The position numbers were made by a program, and so were the translations under genes. The notes beneath the pieces are model-generated. The model made no database searches, was not told the DNA's origin, and worked only from the letters and a program-made list of their open reading frames with translations. Of a stretch of DNA of 47,003 nt, positions 23,406 through 35,652 are shown one piece after another; position 1 is the stretch's first letter; each line of letters begins with the position of its first letter. Source of the stretch: Protoeuglena noctilucae (lineage: Eukaryota); the NCBI GenBank assembly GCA_958009085.1, contig OY253683.1, positions 930,001 to 977,003 on the forward strand, read 5' to 3'.

Positions 23406-25655
23406 ATGGGAGACGCGGAGGGGATCCAGGCGTGCCACATATGCCTGCCCAGCGCGCGGCAGCTGCTGAGCCTGCTCGACGCGCGCAGGGCCACCGACAG
23501 CAAGAAAGCCAAGCATTTACCATGCATTGTGAGACTCTGCGCTGCAATAGCGATGCATGGACCGGCTTGCCGCTATGCGCTGCGCCGCGCAATGCCACGC
23601 GCTCGGCACGCTCACACGCTGCGCGCGTCCCCGGCCTGCACAGATGACCATCGGGCCCGCCGGCCTGGCGGTGCAGTGGATGGACGCCTCGCGCACGCTC
23701 CAGTGCTCCGCATCGCTCAAGCCGGAGCACTTCACGAGGTGCGCACGGCGTTGTGCACGTGGGCGCATCGTGCACCCGTCCCCTCTGCGCCCTGCACCGC
23801 CCCGCGCCCCTGCGTCCCTCCCCGCAGCTTTTCCAACCCCGGTTACTCGACGCGCAAGTTTTCTGTGGGTCTGTACGCATTGATGGGTGCCCTGGCGGTG
23901 CTGGAGGCCCACCGTGCGCCGTTGCAGCTGAGGCATCCGGGGCCAGACGGGTGAGGGTGGGTAGGGTAGGGGTAGAATTGCAAATGGAGAGTGGCCACAC
24001 ATGAGAGAGGTGAGCAGGGATGGGGAGGGCTGTGGCGCACCGCACCGCGTGACTTGACACAGAATGAACATCATTCTGGATGTTCAACATGCACTTGCGA
24101 TGTTTGAAATCAACCATATCTACCCTCAGATGCCTGGTTCTGGAAGTGGAGGAGCTCCTGGGGGACCGTGGGGGCGAGGGTGCGGCTGCGGGTCACGATG
24201 ACGCTGACCCTTCCATCTGCACCTACGCCCACGTGGCGGTGCTCGACGAGGAACTGACGGGGGACTTGAGGTGAGAGCGTGGCTCAGGGCGATGGATGGG
24301 ACTGGTGGTGGTGTGATGGGTGTGGTGGCTGAGCTGGTCGCAGTGGTGATGAGCGGGTGTCATGGCTTGGTTAATGGCGTGATGCTTCCGCTTATTGCAT
24401 GGACTGGCCTTGGCTAAAACTGCGCATTCTGCATCCCCTTCGTCCCCCTCCCCAGCCTCTTCTGGCAGGCGCCAGAGACCAGTTTCGTGCTGCGCGGCCC
24501 CATCCTCCGCGACGCCGTGGACTCTCTGCGCTGGGCATCCCACGACGTGCGGCTGACTGCGGACGGAGCCACCGTGACCCTCGCGTCGGGGGCCGTGGGG
24601 GCCAACGCACTCACCGTGCGCATACCTGAGGTAAGTAACCCTAAGGTTACTTCCTAAGTAACCTTAGGGGGGTGCCGCGTGTCGGTGGATGCAATGTGCG
24701 ATGATGTTGTGTCTGTGGTGACTTACGCGGGATAAGGGCTGCTGTTGCATCTAGGCGTATGGATGGCTGATGATGTGCCAATAAGCTACACGACAGCGCT
24801 GGGAGTGTCGGCAGCGGTGTACCATCGCTTGCTGCATCGCCGATCAGTATTAACGACAGTTCTTCCATCTCCGCAGTCTCTGGTTGAGTCCCCCAGCTGC
24901 CCCCAGGGCGTCGTCTCGTGGACATACAGGCAAGGCAATGCAATCGAAGGGACACAACATGCGAGATGCACGAAGGCCCTGTAGTCTCGAGCAAATTCGC
25001 ATTTCACTTCCACTCTCTCTCTCTTATCCCTGTTATTATGTTTATTACATTTACCAATGCTGCCATGTGTGTCTCGTGACACAGGTGGAGTCATCTGGAG
25101 GCGGCGGCGGGTGTGGTGTCTGCGCCTGCGCATGGGGAGCGAGACACAGAGGGGGAGGGGGAGAGGGGTGGCGCGGGGGCGGGGGCGGGTGCGGTGCTGA
25201 GCAAGGTGTCGATGGACAGGCACGGGCTGCTGAAAGGTGAGGGGAGCGGGGTGGAAGTGGGAGGGTGGGAGAGGGAGGGGCGCCCTGCTTGGTTACCAAC
25301 TGATGTTTCAACAATCCCAAGCGTTGATGCACATATCCAAACACTTCATTCTTCCCATACTCCCTCGCAGTCATGCACATGGTGCTTATATCTGCCATCA
25401 ACACACCTCTCCCCATCTCCGCACTCCCTCGCAGTGATGCACATGGTGCCGATGCCGGGCGCGGCAGGCGCGTCTCCCCCCACCCCCGCCGTGGTGCATT
25501 TCGTGGCCACGCCCGTCGAGGGTGCGGCGGTGGATGCGGCGCCGGGGACGCCGGGCAGCGCGGGGACGCCGGGCAGCGCGGGGGCGGAGGTGGAGGGCAC
25601 GGGGGAGGGGTATGGAATGGGGCCGTCTCTGATGGAGACGGACGAATCCGATTGA
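23406..25655 (+). CDS. RAD1: 9-1-1 checkpoint clamp subunit RAD1, 8 exons
   Basis: PCNA-like pattern with SARQLLSLL, TLQCSASLKPEHF, ICTYAHV, LRDAVDSLRW, VSWTYRWSHL, SKVSMDRHGLLKVMHMV and VVHFVATP, resembling plant RAD1. GC donor at 24930. Confidence 0.75.
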
Positions 25656-25847
25656 GCCATGGTCACACCATGGGTGTGGATAGACATGCAGATATCCTCT
25701 TGTTATGACACCAACAGATAGCGTAGCATAACCGCTCTTTCAAACCAGTAGCGGACTCGTCAATAGCAATGTCCAACCCCACTCTTTTAGCAGAAAATGT
25801 GGTGCCTCATCGCCATCCCACCCACCCCCCCCTTCCATCCCATCCCA

Positions 25848-28800
25848 TCACAGCGGCAGCGCCCCCAGCCTCGCCACCAGCCCCTCCGCCCCCCTCACCC
25901 CCCCCAGTGACCCCCGCAGCCCCGCCGCCACCTCCCTCACCCCCGCAAGCGCGACCCGGAACGACCCATCCGCCCCCAGCTCCCCCGGCACTGCACCGGC
26001 CACGTCCTCCAGCGCAGCCACGCAAGCGCCGGCTATCACCGGGTCCCCCGCCGCTGCCGGCCCCCCCGCGAGCGCCCGCAGTGCCGGCACCACGCACCGA
26101 TCCAGCAAGTGGCTGGCGATGAGGGGCGCAAGGGACGCGGGCCTGAGCACCTCGTGCCACCGGCACGCGCACGCCAGGGCGATGACGGCGCGTGCGAAGA
26201 GGGTGGAGGCGAGGTGGAGGAGGTGGGGGCTGGCGTGGAGGGCCGCGGCGGGCCAGGGCATCAGCCGCACCGACTCCAGGCGCTCTCTGTGGGTGGGGAG
26301 TGGATGAGAGTGGATGGGGTGAGTGGACGAGAGTGGATGTGAGAGTGGGTGGTGAGCGAGTGTGGTAATTGTGAGTAACAGTGAAGCAGTGGGGAGTGCA
26401 TGGCATCGATCACACCGACTCCACCCCCCACGACCCTTCCCTCCCCATCTCTCTCTTTCGTCACCTGAGCCTCCCCTGCACGGTGTCCAGCAGCCCCGCC
26501 AGCCCCGGTGCCTCTGCCGGGAGATACACGAGCAGATCCGACACCGCACCCACCATCTGCGACGCGACACGCAAGGGGGGGTGATGAGCGACGAAAGCAT
26601 TTGCACACACATGTTGAAGGACATGCACTGACACAGACACATTCGGGGCAGGCCACCTGTGCCGTCAACGCACATCTCTTGCTGCCCCTCATGTCACATG
26701 CAGACTCGCCCCACCCCTCTCACATCCTGTCTCACTATATGACCCCCATGCATACAGTCTCCCTCACAAATACACACCCCATTTCGCCCCAAATCTCACT
26801 CTCCGCATGCAGTCTTACTCCAAACCCCCCATGCATACAGTCTCATCACATCACATCTCACCTGGTTCGTCTGCGCGGGGTCGATGGGGTCCCATGCTGT
26901 CTTGAGCATCTCCCCCACATACGGCAACACCAGCTGCTCCACCAGGCGAGGCATCAAGTCCGCATCCGGGTCACCCTGAGATTGTGAGCAGGAATTGTGA
27001 GTAGGAAAAGGTGCATGGGTTGATGGATGCAGGGACAGGTGAGGATCGACAAAGACGGATTGGCACAGTAAGCACTGACCCCCCCCCCCCCCCCCCCCCA
27101 TCCCCCTTTCCGATTGTCTCCTCGCCTGCTCCCCGTCGGCCCCGAAGTCGAACAGCTCCTTGTACCACCCCTGGGATTCAAACCCGCCACCCCCCGACGC
27201 GCCGTACAGGGGGCCCCACTGCAGCAGCTCCGATCGCACGAAGGGGGCCAGGAGCACCGCGGCTGCGTCGGAGGCATACGCGTCTCTGTAGGTGGAGGGG
27301 AAGCGGCGCTTCCACTCCTCCAGGAGAGATCGCACGGCCTGGGGGGGAGGGGCGGGGGTGGGTGGGAGGCGATGAGAGGTGTGCTTGTGGCTGGCAGGGC
27401 AAGGGTGGTTTGCGAGGTGTGCCTATGGTGCTAATGCAGGCGTGACATGAGAGGTGTTAGTAGTGACGTGGCAGAGGCAAGCAAGGTATGCTCGTGGTGG
27501 CAGGGCATGGGAGGCATGATGGGAGGCAACTGCTGTGGCACGACCAAGAGGTATTGTGATAATGGTGGCAGGGATGAAGAGGCAATGAGAGGTGTAATGG
27601 CAGTGGCAGGGCAGGCGAGGCGGCAATTGCGGACACACCAAAGACGACAGCACGGCTGCTGTCACAACCGGTGGCACCCCCCCACCCATCGTCTCCCCCT
27701 CACCTTGAGCGATGCGTATTTGTCCGCCACGTCCGCAAACACCGCCGGCACCGTGCGCACGATCTCCTCCCTCCGGCGATGGAAGGCCGACATGTGAGAC
27801 GCACGCACACTGCCACCCCCCTCCGCGCCCTCCCCCAACGCCCCGTGTCTCATCTGCGCCCTCTGCCACCCGCTCCCATTCCACCTCCCCTGCGCCTGCT
27901 TGGCCATCTCCTGCGCCTGCCTCCTCCTCACGGCGTTCATGTCACGCCCAGTCTCATCCACATCGGCCGGCACAGAGGCACCCGACAGCGCCTCCCCCAC
28001 CGCGCGCTCCCACTCCGCCGACGCAGCGTGGGACGCAGAGGTGGATACTGACACAGAGTTGCCCACTCCAGCTGCGATGGCACCCAGCGCGGCCCTGACC
28101 ACCCGCTGCCCCAGTGCAATGTCCATGTCCACCTCCTCCTCCCAGGCCCTCCCCAGGTCCTCCGCACACTCCGCCACCACCCGCATCACGTGCAGCTCCA
28201 TCTCCTCCACCACCGGCGCCTTGCTGCCCAGGCAGTCGCACAGCGCGTCGATGTCCGATCGCAGACCCTGCAGATACTCGTACCGCTCGCCCACGCGGGA
28301 GAGGGAGGCCTCGAGAGACTCCACCTCGTCCACTGCATAAGGGGAGATGGGAGAGGATGGTATGAGTGCATGATGTAGAACATTTGGGACGGGCAATGAC
28401 AATGCACGTAAGGGACGAGGCAACGACTGTTGCAAAGCGTTTCCCACTCTTCCCACTCTCCATCCCTCCCTTTCCACCCCCCTCCCCATTCATAACCACC
28501 CTCTATCCCTCCCCATTCCCATCCCCATCACCCCCCTCCCCTCACCCATGGCAGCCAGTTGCTCCCCCGCCCTCTTCCATCCCCATTCACATCCCCATCC
28601 ATAGCTGCTCTCTATCCAATTCCCTCTCCATCTCTACCCCCACCATCTCACCCGTGGCAGCCAGTTGCTCCCCCGCCCTCTCCCTCCTCCTCTGCACCTC
28701 CTCCCCCTGCACCCGCAGCCGGCGCACCCCGTCCTCCAACGCAGCCAGCACCTCCAATGGGGACAGCTCCACGCGGGGAGGGGGGTGGGCGGAAGAGGGG

Positions 28801-30445
28801 TGCGCGTGGGAAGACGCCTGGGGGGAAGAGGGGAGATGAGATGACTATAACGGGATGAGACATGCTGCGGAGTAGTACTAGCACTCGCGAGCAACGACAG
28901 ACCATGCATTCAAGTCACAGACCAGGTGCGCAACTCACACTCGCCAACAGCCACCACTACCCCACCCCCACCCACTCATCCCGCCTCACCTTGCGCCTCG
29001 CTTGCACGTCCTCCAGCTCCCTCCCCCTCAGCGCCCGCCGCATCTGCCTCTCATCGAATGCCCCGTCCCCATCCTCATCGTCAACACCCTCATCCATCGC
29101 ATACACACCGCTGCGGGGACCCACGGGAGCGTCTGACCGCAGACCCAGCCCAAACGCCGTGCGAGGGCCCTCCTCCCCACTCCCACTCCCGGACTCATCC
29201 TCGCCGTTCCCCTCTCCCTCCCCCTCGCCCTCTCCCTTTCCACTTGCAGCGTCCCTCCCCCACTCGCGCTCCCCGCGCCCCCCATCCGCCGGCAATCGCA
29301 CGTAATCTCCTGCCAGCCCCGCCCGCCGCATCCGCTCCCGCCGCGCACGCGCCGCGCGCACCAGCGCCTCTCCCGGGAACGCAGCCGCGCCATCTTTACC
29401 CTCCCCACCCCCGTCATCATCCTCATCATCATCAAATCCCTCCACCACCACCTCCCGGCCCTCCCGCACCGCAGATAGGTCTACTGACTCTGGCAGGCGC
29501 GTCAGGTCAATGTCCCCGGCAGGGCGCGGCGCCGACCCCAGCCCGCGGAACCCACGGCCGGCCGATGCGGGCGCGGGTGCGGGTGCGGGTGTGGATGTGG
29601 ATGCGGTGGCTTGGGAGGGAGCGGCGGTGCCGTTCGCGACGTTGAGGCCGCGGAAAGACCCCGCGAGTCGGAAGGCCGGCTCCTCCTTTCCGCTCGTCGC
29701 TGCCACGGCATGGTCGGGGTCGTTGGGGGGTGGGGCGCCGTGTGCAAACGTGGCCTCCTTCAGTTTCGCCAGGTCCGCTGCGGAGTAGGCGCCCCCTCGG
29801 CGGACCCCGGGGCCTTCGCTGGGATCGCCGGACGCAGCGGCGACGGCGGCGGCGGAGTCGGGCGCTGCGGAGACCCAGGAAGGGGCTACGATTGAATGGC
29901 GAAGCACACACAACACGCCGATTGTATGCAATGCAATCCCAGGATGCAGCCACGTGTCACCTGCGCGGCGCCCCTGTCGTTCCTTCTTTCGTTTCTCCTT
30001 CCCCGATGCCTTCTTCTGGGGAAAGAGACTCCCCTCCTCCTCCTCGTCGCCCCCAAAGCTGAGCAGCGTGGACGGCGCCTGCGAGGGGGATTGTAGGGGC
30101 ATGGGAAGGATGCAGCGCGAATATCAGACCGATGAATTGCGCCAAGAGCGTTCCGGCCACTCGCGCGGTGGCGCCGGTCGCGCGTGGGAGCTCTCGCAAC
30201 GTGCGCGGCCTCCTGTCGCGCGAGACACGCGTGCGATGGAGCGCACTCTCTGTCCACGGCCTCCAGAAATACATGAACATGCTGGGGCCAGGATGCCAGG
30301 GCGCCGCGCTCGCCTTCGGGGCCAGCCCAGCGAGCCGAGCGCCGAGCGTGCCCGCGCCCCCAGCCGGCGCCGCTACGCCTGCGTCGTCCTCCTCGGCGTC
30401 CCCATCGTCTTTCTTGCGTAAGTTGCGCTTACGGAACGTGCTCAT
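25848..30445 (-). CDS. GC-rich sequence DNA-binding factor family protein (GCFC2/PAXBP1/ILP1, NTR2-like), 9 exons
   Basis: MSTFRKRNLRKK, LLSFGGDEEE, ERYEYLQGLR..IDALCDCL..KAPVVEEME, VFADVADKYASL, WKRRFPSTYRDAY, APFVRSELLQW.PL and DADLMPRLVEQLVLP. GC donors at 30313 and 27125. Confidence 0.9.
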
Positions 30446-31099
30446 CTCGACCCCAGACCCCGTCCTCGATGCATGAAAGTCGTCCGCAGCAGAGGCTAAG
30501 AGAAAGCGATGCGATCCCCGCAGAACTTGCGCCACTCACGTCACCATCCCATCCCGTGCACGATGAACTACCCGCAGCATCTAGCCCGGAAGGGGCTCGA
30601 AAGCCAGCGGCGCGGATCTCTGGCGCGGTCTGGCACACCGGGCTTGCCCTCTGCGATGAGCCTGAGGTCCCCTCGATCCCGCGCATCCTTACCGCTGCAT
30701 ATAGGTTGCAACTACCTGCATGCGCGAGGATATCCATAGAATTTGAGGGATTTGACAGGAACGAGTCAGCGTGGCGCTCCGTTAGCCATTTTCAACCGCT
30801 TTCGCGCGCAACTGGAGTGAAAACGACCGCGCTGAATCCTTTAGGATTGTCAAAGTCCTCGTGGCGTTCGTTCTTCGCATAGAATCGCGTTCAGGCACGT
30901 GCAGGCTGGGAAAGGTGCGTTGCGTGCGCTGCATGGGGCACGGCTGCCCCCCGCCTCCTCGCAAAATGATCTCCCATGGTTTCATTCACAAGAACAAGTC
31001 GCGCGGTAGCTAGATAGCCGCCCTTGCGATCCACAGCGAGAGAGCTGAGCCCCTCGCAGGTCGTCTGCGTGCGCCCCTCCCGGGGATGGCCGCTCCCCG

Positions 31100-34000
31100 A
31101 TGTCTTCCCTGGCGGAGCGGGTGCAGCGGGTGGCGGTGAAGGAGGTGCCCGGGACGCGGGAGCAGGCCGAGGAGGAGCAGGCGGTGCTGGAGGACTTCGC
31201 TGTGCAGCATGGCAGCACGTACGACTTCCGCGGAGAGGTGGGGCCCGCGAGCTGCGAACTGCGAGTGGAGATGCGAATGTGAACGTATTTATTGTGATAT
31301 GTTCTCTCTGTCCATGTCGCAGGGCGAGCATTACACGGCGCAGGCGCTGCTGGGCTGCCTGGTGCGTCACCGGCTGACGAGCGAGGCGTGGCAGCGCACC
31401 TGCTCTGGTCCGCACCTGCTCTCAGCCCTGCAGTGCGTGCGGGTGCTGTCGCGGGATGCAAACCTGCACGGCGCTTTTGATGACGACCGATGGCACGGCG
31501 CGCTGGCGGGGATGCTCGCACGTTTGGGGGCACTGCACCTGGGTCACCCGGTGGGAGCAGTGGGTGCGCGGCCGGGGTCGGAGAACGGCGACGATGGCGA
31601 CGAGGGATCAGTTCAGGAGGACGGCGTCGATGACCAGGCATTGGACGCCTATGCCGCGGACCTTCTGGTGGAGGCCGTCAGCATCGTGCGCCATTTGTCA
31701 TCCAGCCGCCCCCTGCTGTCCCGCATGCTGTCGGCCGGCGTGCCCCACCGCGTGTCGGTGCTGTTGAGCAGCAGGGACCCCGCCTTGGTCCCCGTGGCGC
31801 TGCTGTCCTTGGCGGCCATGGCGCGCGACAGTGAGGGACACGAGGCGGTGGTCACGCAGGCGAGGGGGGGGTGTGATGGAAGGGGTGTGAGTGGTAACAG
31901 GTCGCTCGTGCGGGGCTGCTTTTGCGGCGCTGTGTGCGTGGCTGTCTTGGATGACACACGTCATGGGTCTGTCCCAAGCCACGCATGCGTCTGCTCTGCC
32001 ACATCCATGCTTGCCAGATAATACACACAGTATACACAATCTCTGCTCTCCTACCCACTCCCCCCAGGGCACCGTGGAGTCGCTCCTCCGCATCGTCCGC
32101 GACTACCGCCCCGAGCTGCAGAAGCTCAGCGCGTCGCTGCTGCTGGGCGTGTGCAAGTCCCGGCGGGGCCGCGCCCTGGTCATGGATGCCTTGGGGGCAG
32201 GCGCCCTCCTCAGCGCGCTCCCCGGTGCCGATGCCGAGCTGGGCCACCTGGCCCTCCGCGCCCTGCATGCACTCGCGCAGGACCGCGCCGGCGCGCAGGA
32301 GCTGCGGCAGACGGGCGCCGTGCCCGTGCTGCTGCAGCATTTGGCCGATGCCCGTCGCCCCCCCGGTGCATCCCTCGAGCACCTGGCCATGGAGGCGTGC
32401 TCTGCATGCTCGGTGCTGGCACGCATGGCGGAGGACCTCGAGTGCGCCTACCACATCCGCGCATGCAACGGCGTCTACGTCCTCGGCAGGCGGCTGCTGC
32501 ACCCCGTGCCAGGCGCACCCACGGGACCGCAGGGCGAATGCAAGTGGGAGCACAGAGTTGTGCTGCACGCCCTACGCGCACTGCGCGCCGTCTTCAGCAT
32601 GGAGCGCAACCGGGGGGTGTTTAAAGCCCTGTTCCCGCCTGATGTCTTCGGCCCCTTCATTGACGTCGGTCATTTCCAGACGGACCTCGATCGATACAAG
32701 CCCGTGGCGGAGAGGGTGGCGGCGATGGGGGACGCGGCGCGGCAGAGGGTCGAGGCGGCGCTGGAGGAGATCAACCTCGCCAGGGACGGGCCCTCCCGGT
32801 TCGTCAAGGCGAGTGGGGGGGTGGGGTTGGAGATGCGGGTTGAGATGGGGGGGGGGGGGGGTGGAGATGCGAGCAGTGTTGGGGGCGGCGGATATGGCAG
32901 TGATGTGGCAGTGCTGGAGTCACTGGATCGATGATGTGTGACAAATTAATGCTATGCTATTTAACTCATGTCGTGTTTCCCTGCACCAGGGTTACGAGAT
33001 TCTGGAGTTGCTGGGGCGCGGCGGGTACGGTGCGGTGTTCAAGGCGCGGCGTGGGAAGGAGGGGCCGCTGGTGGCGCTGAAGGAGATGCCGATCGCAGAT
33101 AACGGCGCACTGGTGAGTTGGTGGTGAAGAGTGGAGTGGAGAGGGGCAGAGGTGCGTTCAAGCACAAACGCCACTCATGATCCATCTCCGCTCCCTTGCT
33201 TGCTCATGCACCTCCACCCACTCCCTCGCCCATGCACCTCCACTCTCACTCCCTCGCCCATGCACCTCCAATCTCACTTCCTCGCCCATGCACCTCCACA
33301 CATTCACTCCCTCGCCCGCCTCCTCAGTTCGGGATGGGCAACCTGACCATGGAGCAGAAGGCCGCGGAGGCGGGCCATATGTGCCGCGAGGTGGAGATCC
33401 TGTCCAAACTCGACCACCCCCACATCGGTGAGGGCCGTTGCTTGGCTGTGGGTGTCACTGCTACCGCCGCTGCACTGCTTGTAGGCGATCTCATGACCAG
33501 TGGGTGTGTTCCGATCAACACCCGGCAGCCGTGGGGTATCTATCTCACACATGTGATTACACATGTAACTCCATCTCCCCTTCTCTCCCCTCACCAGTCA
33601 AGTACCACGAGAGTTTCGTGGAGTCCGACCACCTGTACATCGTGATGGAGCTGGCCGAGGGCGTGTCCCTGCAGGACTACATGACGGCGATGAGGGAGAG
33701 CAACCGGGTCATGTCGGAGGACGACGTGTGGCAGATCCTGTCCGCGGTCATGCTCGCACTCGACTACATCCACAACACCCACAAAATCATACACCGGTGG
33801 GTGACAGGGGGTGGCGGGGTGGCATGGGTGGCATGGGTGGCGAGAACTGTGATTTGGCTGGTAGTATATTCTATACAGTTGCATATCCACCCACCCATTC
33901 CCGCCACTCCCTCAGGGACCTTACCCCCGCGAACATCGTGCTGGGCAGCGGCGCCGACATGCTGGGCCGCGCCAAGGTGACGGACTTCGGCCTGGCGCGG

Positions 34001-34981
34001 GAGTTGACCAACACGGTGTCCGTGGCGGCCAGCATGGTGGGGACGGTGCCGTACATGTGCCCGGAGATCATCGAGAACCAGGCGTACAGCGGCAAGGCGG
34101 ACGTGTGGTCGCTGGGATGTATACTCTATCACATGATGGCGGGGGTGCCGCCGTTCCAGGGGTCCAACCCCCTCGCGCTCGCCTCCCGCATCGTCGAGGG
34201 AGACTACGTGCCGCTGGACAGGCTGCCGCGGTGCGCGGCGTACTCGGCCGATCTGAGGGAGCTGTGCGCGCGCATGATGTGCCCGGAGCAGGGGAGGCGC
34301 CCGGGGGTGCGGGAGGTGGCGGCGCTGGCGAGCGCACGGATGCTGCAGGCGCTGCACGCGGCGCGGCGGAGGGAGCTGGATCTGGAGGGCGTGCTGGAGC
34401 ACGAGCGGCAGCAGCGGAGGCAGACACAGGTCATCGTGTCGCGCAAGAGGGACGAGTACCAGCGCGTGGCCAGGGACGCGTCGCCGGACACGGCAGCGGG
34501 TGCAAACGCGGGCGCGGATGCCGGGGCTGCCACCGTCGCAGACCCGGGCGGCCGCGTGCGCATCGCCGGTCGCACCGTGGCCATCGCCAGCCACCGCCTG
34601 CGCCCCATCCACGACCCCATCGCCCAAGCATTGGGCGCCCTTCACAAGCTCGAGTTCGTCACGCACCTGCCCCCCGGTCCCTCCCGCGACTGGCGCCGCG
34701 CTTGCCTGGAGCGTCTCCGCCGCCACCTCTTCTCCCTGCGCCAGCACGGGGGCTCCATCAAGGCGCACCTGGTGAAGCTGTCCGAGGGATCGCAGGAGCT
34801 ACTTGACCTGCCTTTCGTGGCTGACGCACGCAGCGGGGCGCGGCCCCCCGGCAACGTGTCCCTCTCCTACGACGGACTCCTGGCCATCCTCGAGGAGGTG
34901 GCGGCCGAGTCGGGGTTCCAGCAGCGCACGCTCACCGCGGCGAGGGCGTCGAGCGGGTTCGGGGGGAAGGGGGACGGGTAG
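31100..34981 (+). CDS. NEK10: NIMA-related kinase NEK10 (ARM repeats + kinase + conserved C-terminal domain), 7 exons
   Basis: ALRAVFSMERNRGVFKALFPPDVFGPFIDVGHF and RPIHDPIAQALGALHKLEFVTHLPP are NEK10-specific blocks. Kinase motifs are GRGGYG, VALKE, HRDLTPAN, TDFG and YMCPE. GC donors at 31860 and 32809. Confidence 0.9.
33205..33317. repeat. Intronic minisatellite, 26-28 nt unit (CATGCACCTCCA...CTCCCTCGCC) x4
   Basis: CATGCACCTCCA at 33205, 33231, 33259 and 33287. Confidence 0.9.
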
Positions 34982-35652
34982 CTGCGACCAGCGGGTGCAG
35001 GGCTGCTTTGGGATCCGGAGGGGGAGCAATCCGCCGCTCGTGGCGGTTGATGGTTGCTAGCAGGCCTTAGATGATAGCCGTGAATATGTGGTGGCGAGTC
35101 AGTCGGCGGGGAATGCCGCTTTTTGGGCCCGCGGCGAACAATTCTGGCGCCAACTGGCACCTCGCTAGTCGCGTCCGTTGCGAATCATGCCCCGATGCGG
35201 TGTGCGGCGGTGAAATTTGGTTACATTGGGTGCATCGGGCGACGGGGAGCGGCTTGAGGCCGGTCAGTAGACCTGACAAGGCCGCGCTCCCGCGCCCGCG
35301 CAATACGCAGCGGGAATTGAGGCATCCGTCCCCGCCTGTGACGTAGGGTTGCGATAGGAAGGCGCTTGTTAGGTGGGTGAGGTCTCCTTCCCTCGCGTTC
35401 GCCCAGAGAGCACAACACATCTCGCTTTGAGTGCAAAAGCTCGCTGCTGCTTGGGAGATCGGCGAGCGGGGCGGGTGGTCCTCGCCCTAGTGATGCCTCT
35501 CCACTCCGCTGCAGGGTCTGCCCGCGTCGCGGCCCCGAGCAGTCCGCGCTGCGAAATTTGACGTCGTGCTTCTGCAGGTGTCAGCCCGCGCTTGATGGCG
35601 GGGCTGGAATAGGGCAGCGTCGCGTGCCGCGAGGTGCAGGAAGACCGTCACC

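Noticed and set aside
4127..28881. Recurrent TACTAG / TACTAGTA palindromes in introns (e.g. AATACTAGTATT at 21553-21564)
   Set aside because: The count is only modestly above a rough chance expectation, and there are no shared flanks, TIRs or target-site duplications to define an element.
267..30445. DBR1 and the GCFC/NTR2-like gene (both lariat turnover) as a functional cluster
   Set aside because: They are about 23 kb apart and separated by unrelated genes; there is no evidence beyond coincidence.
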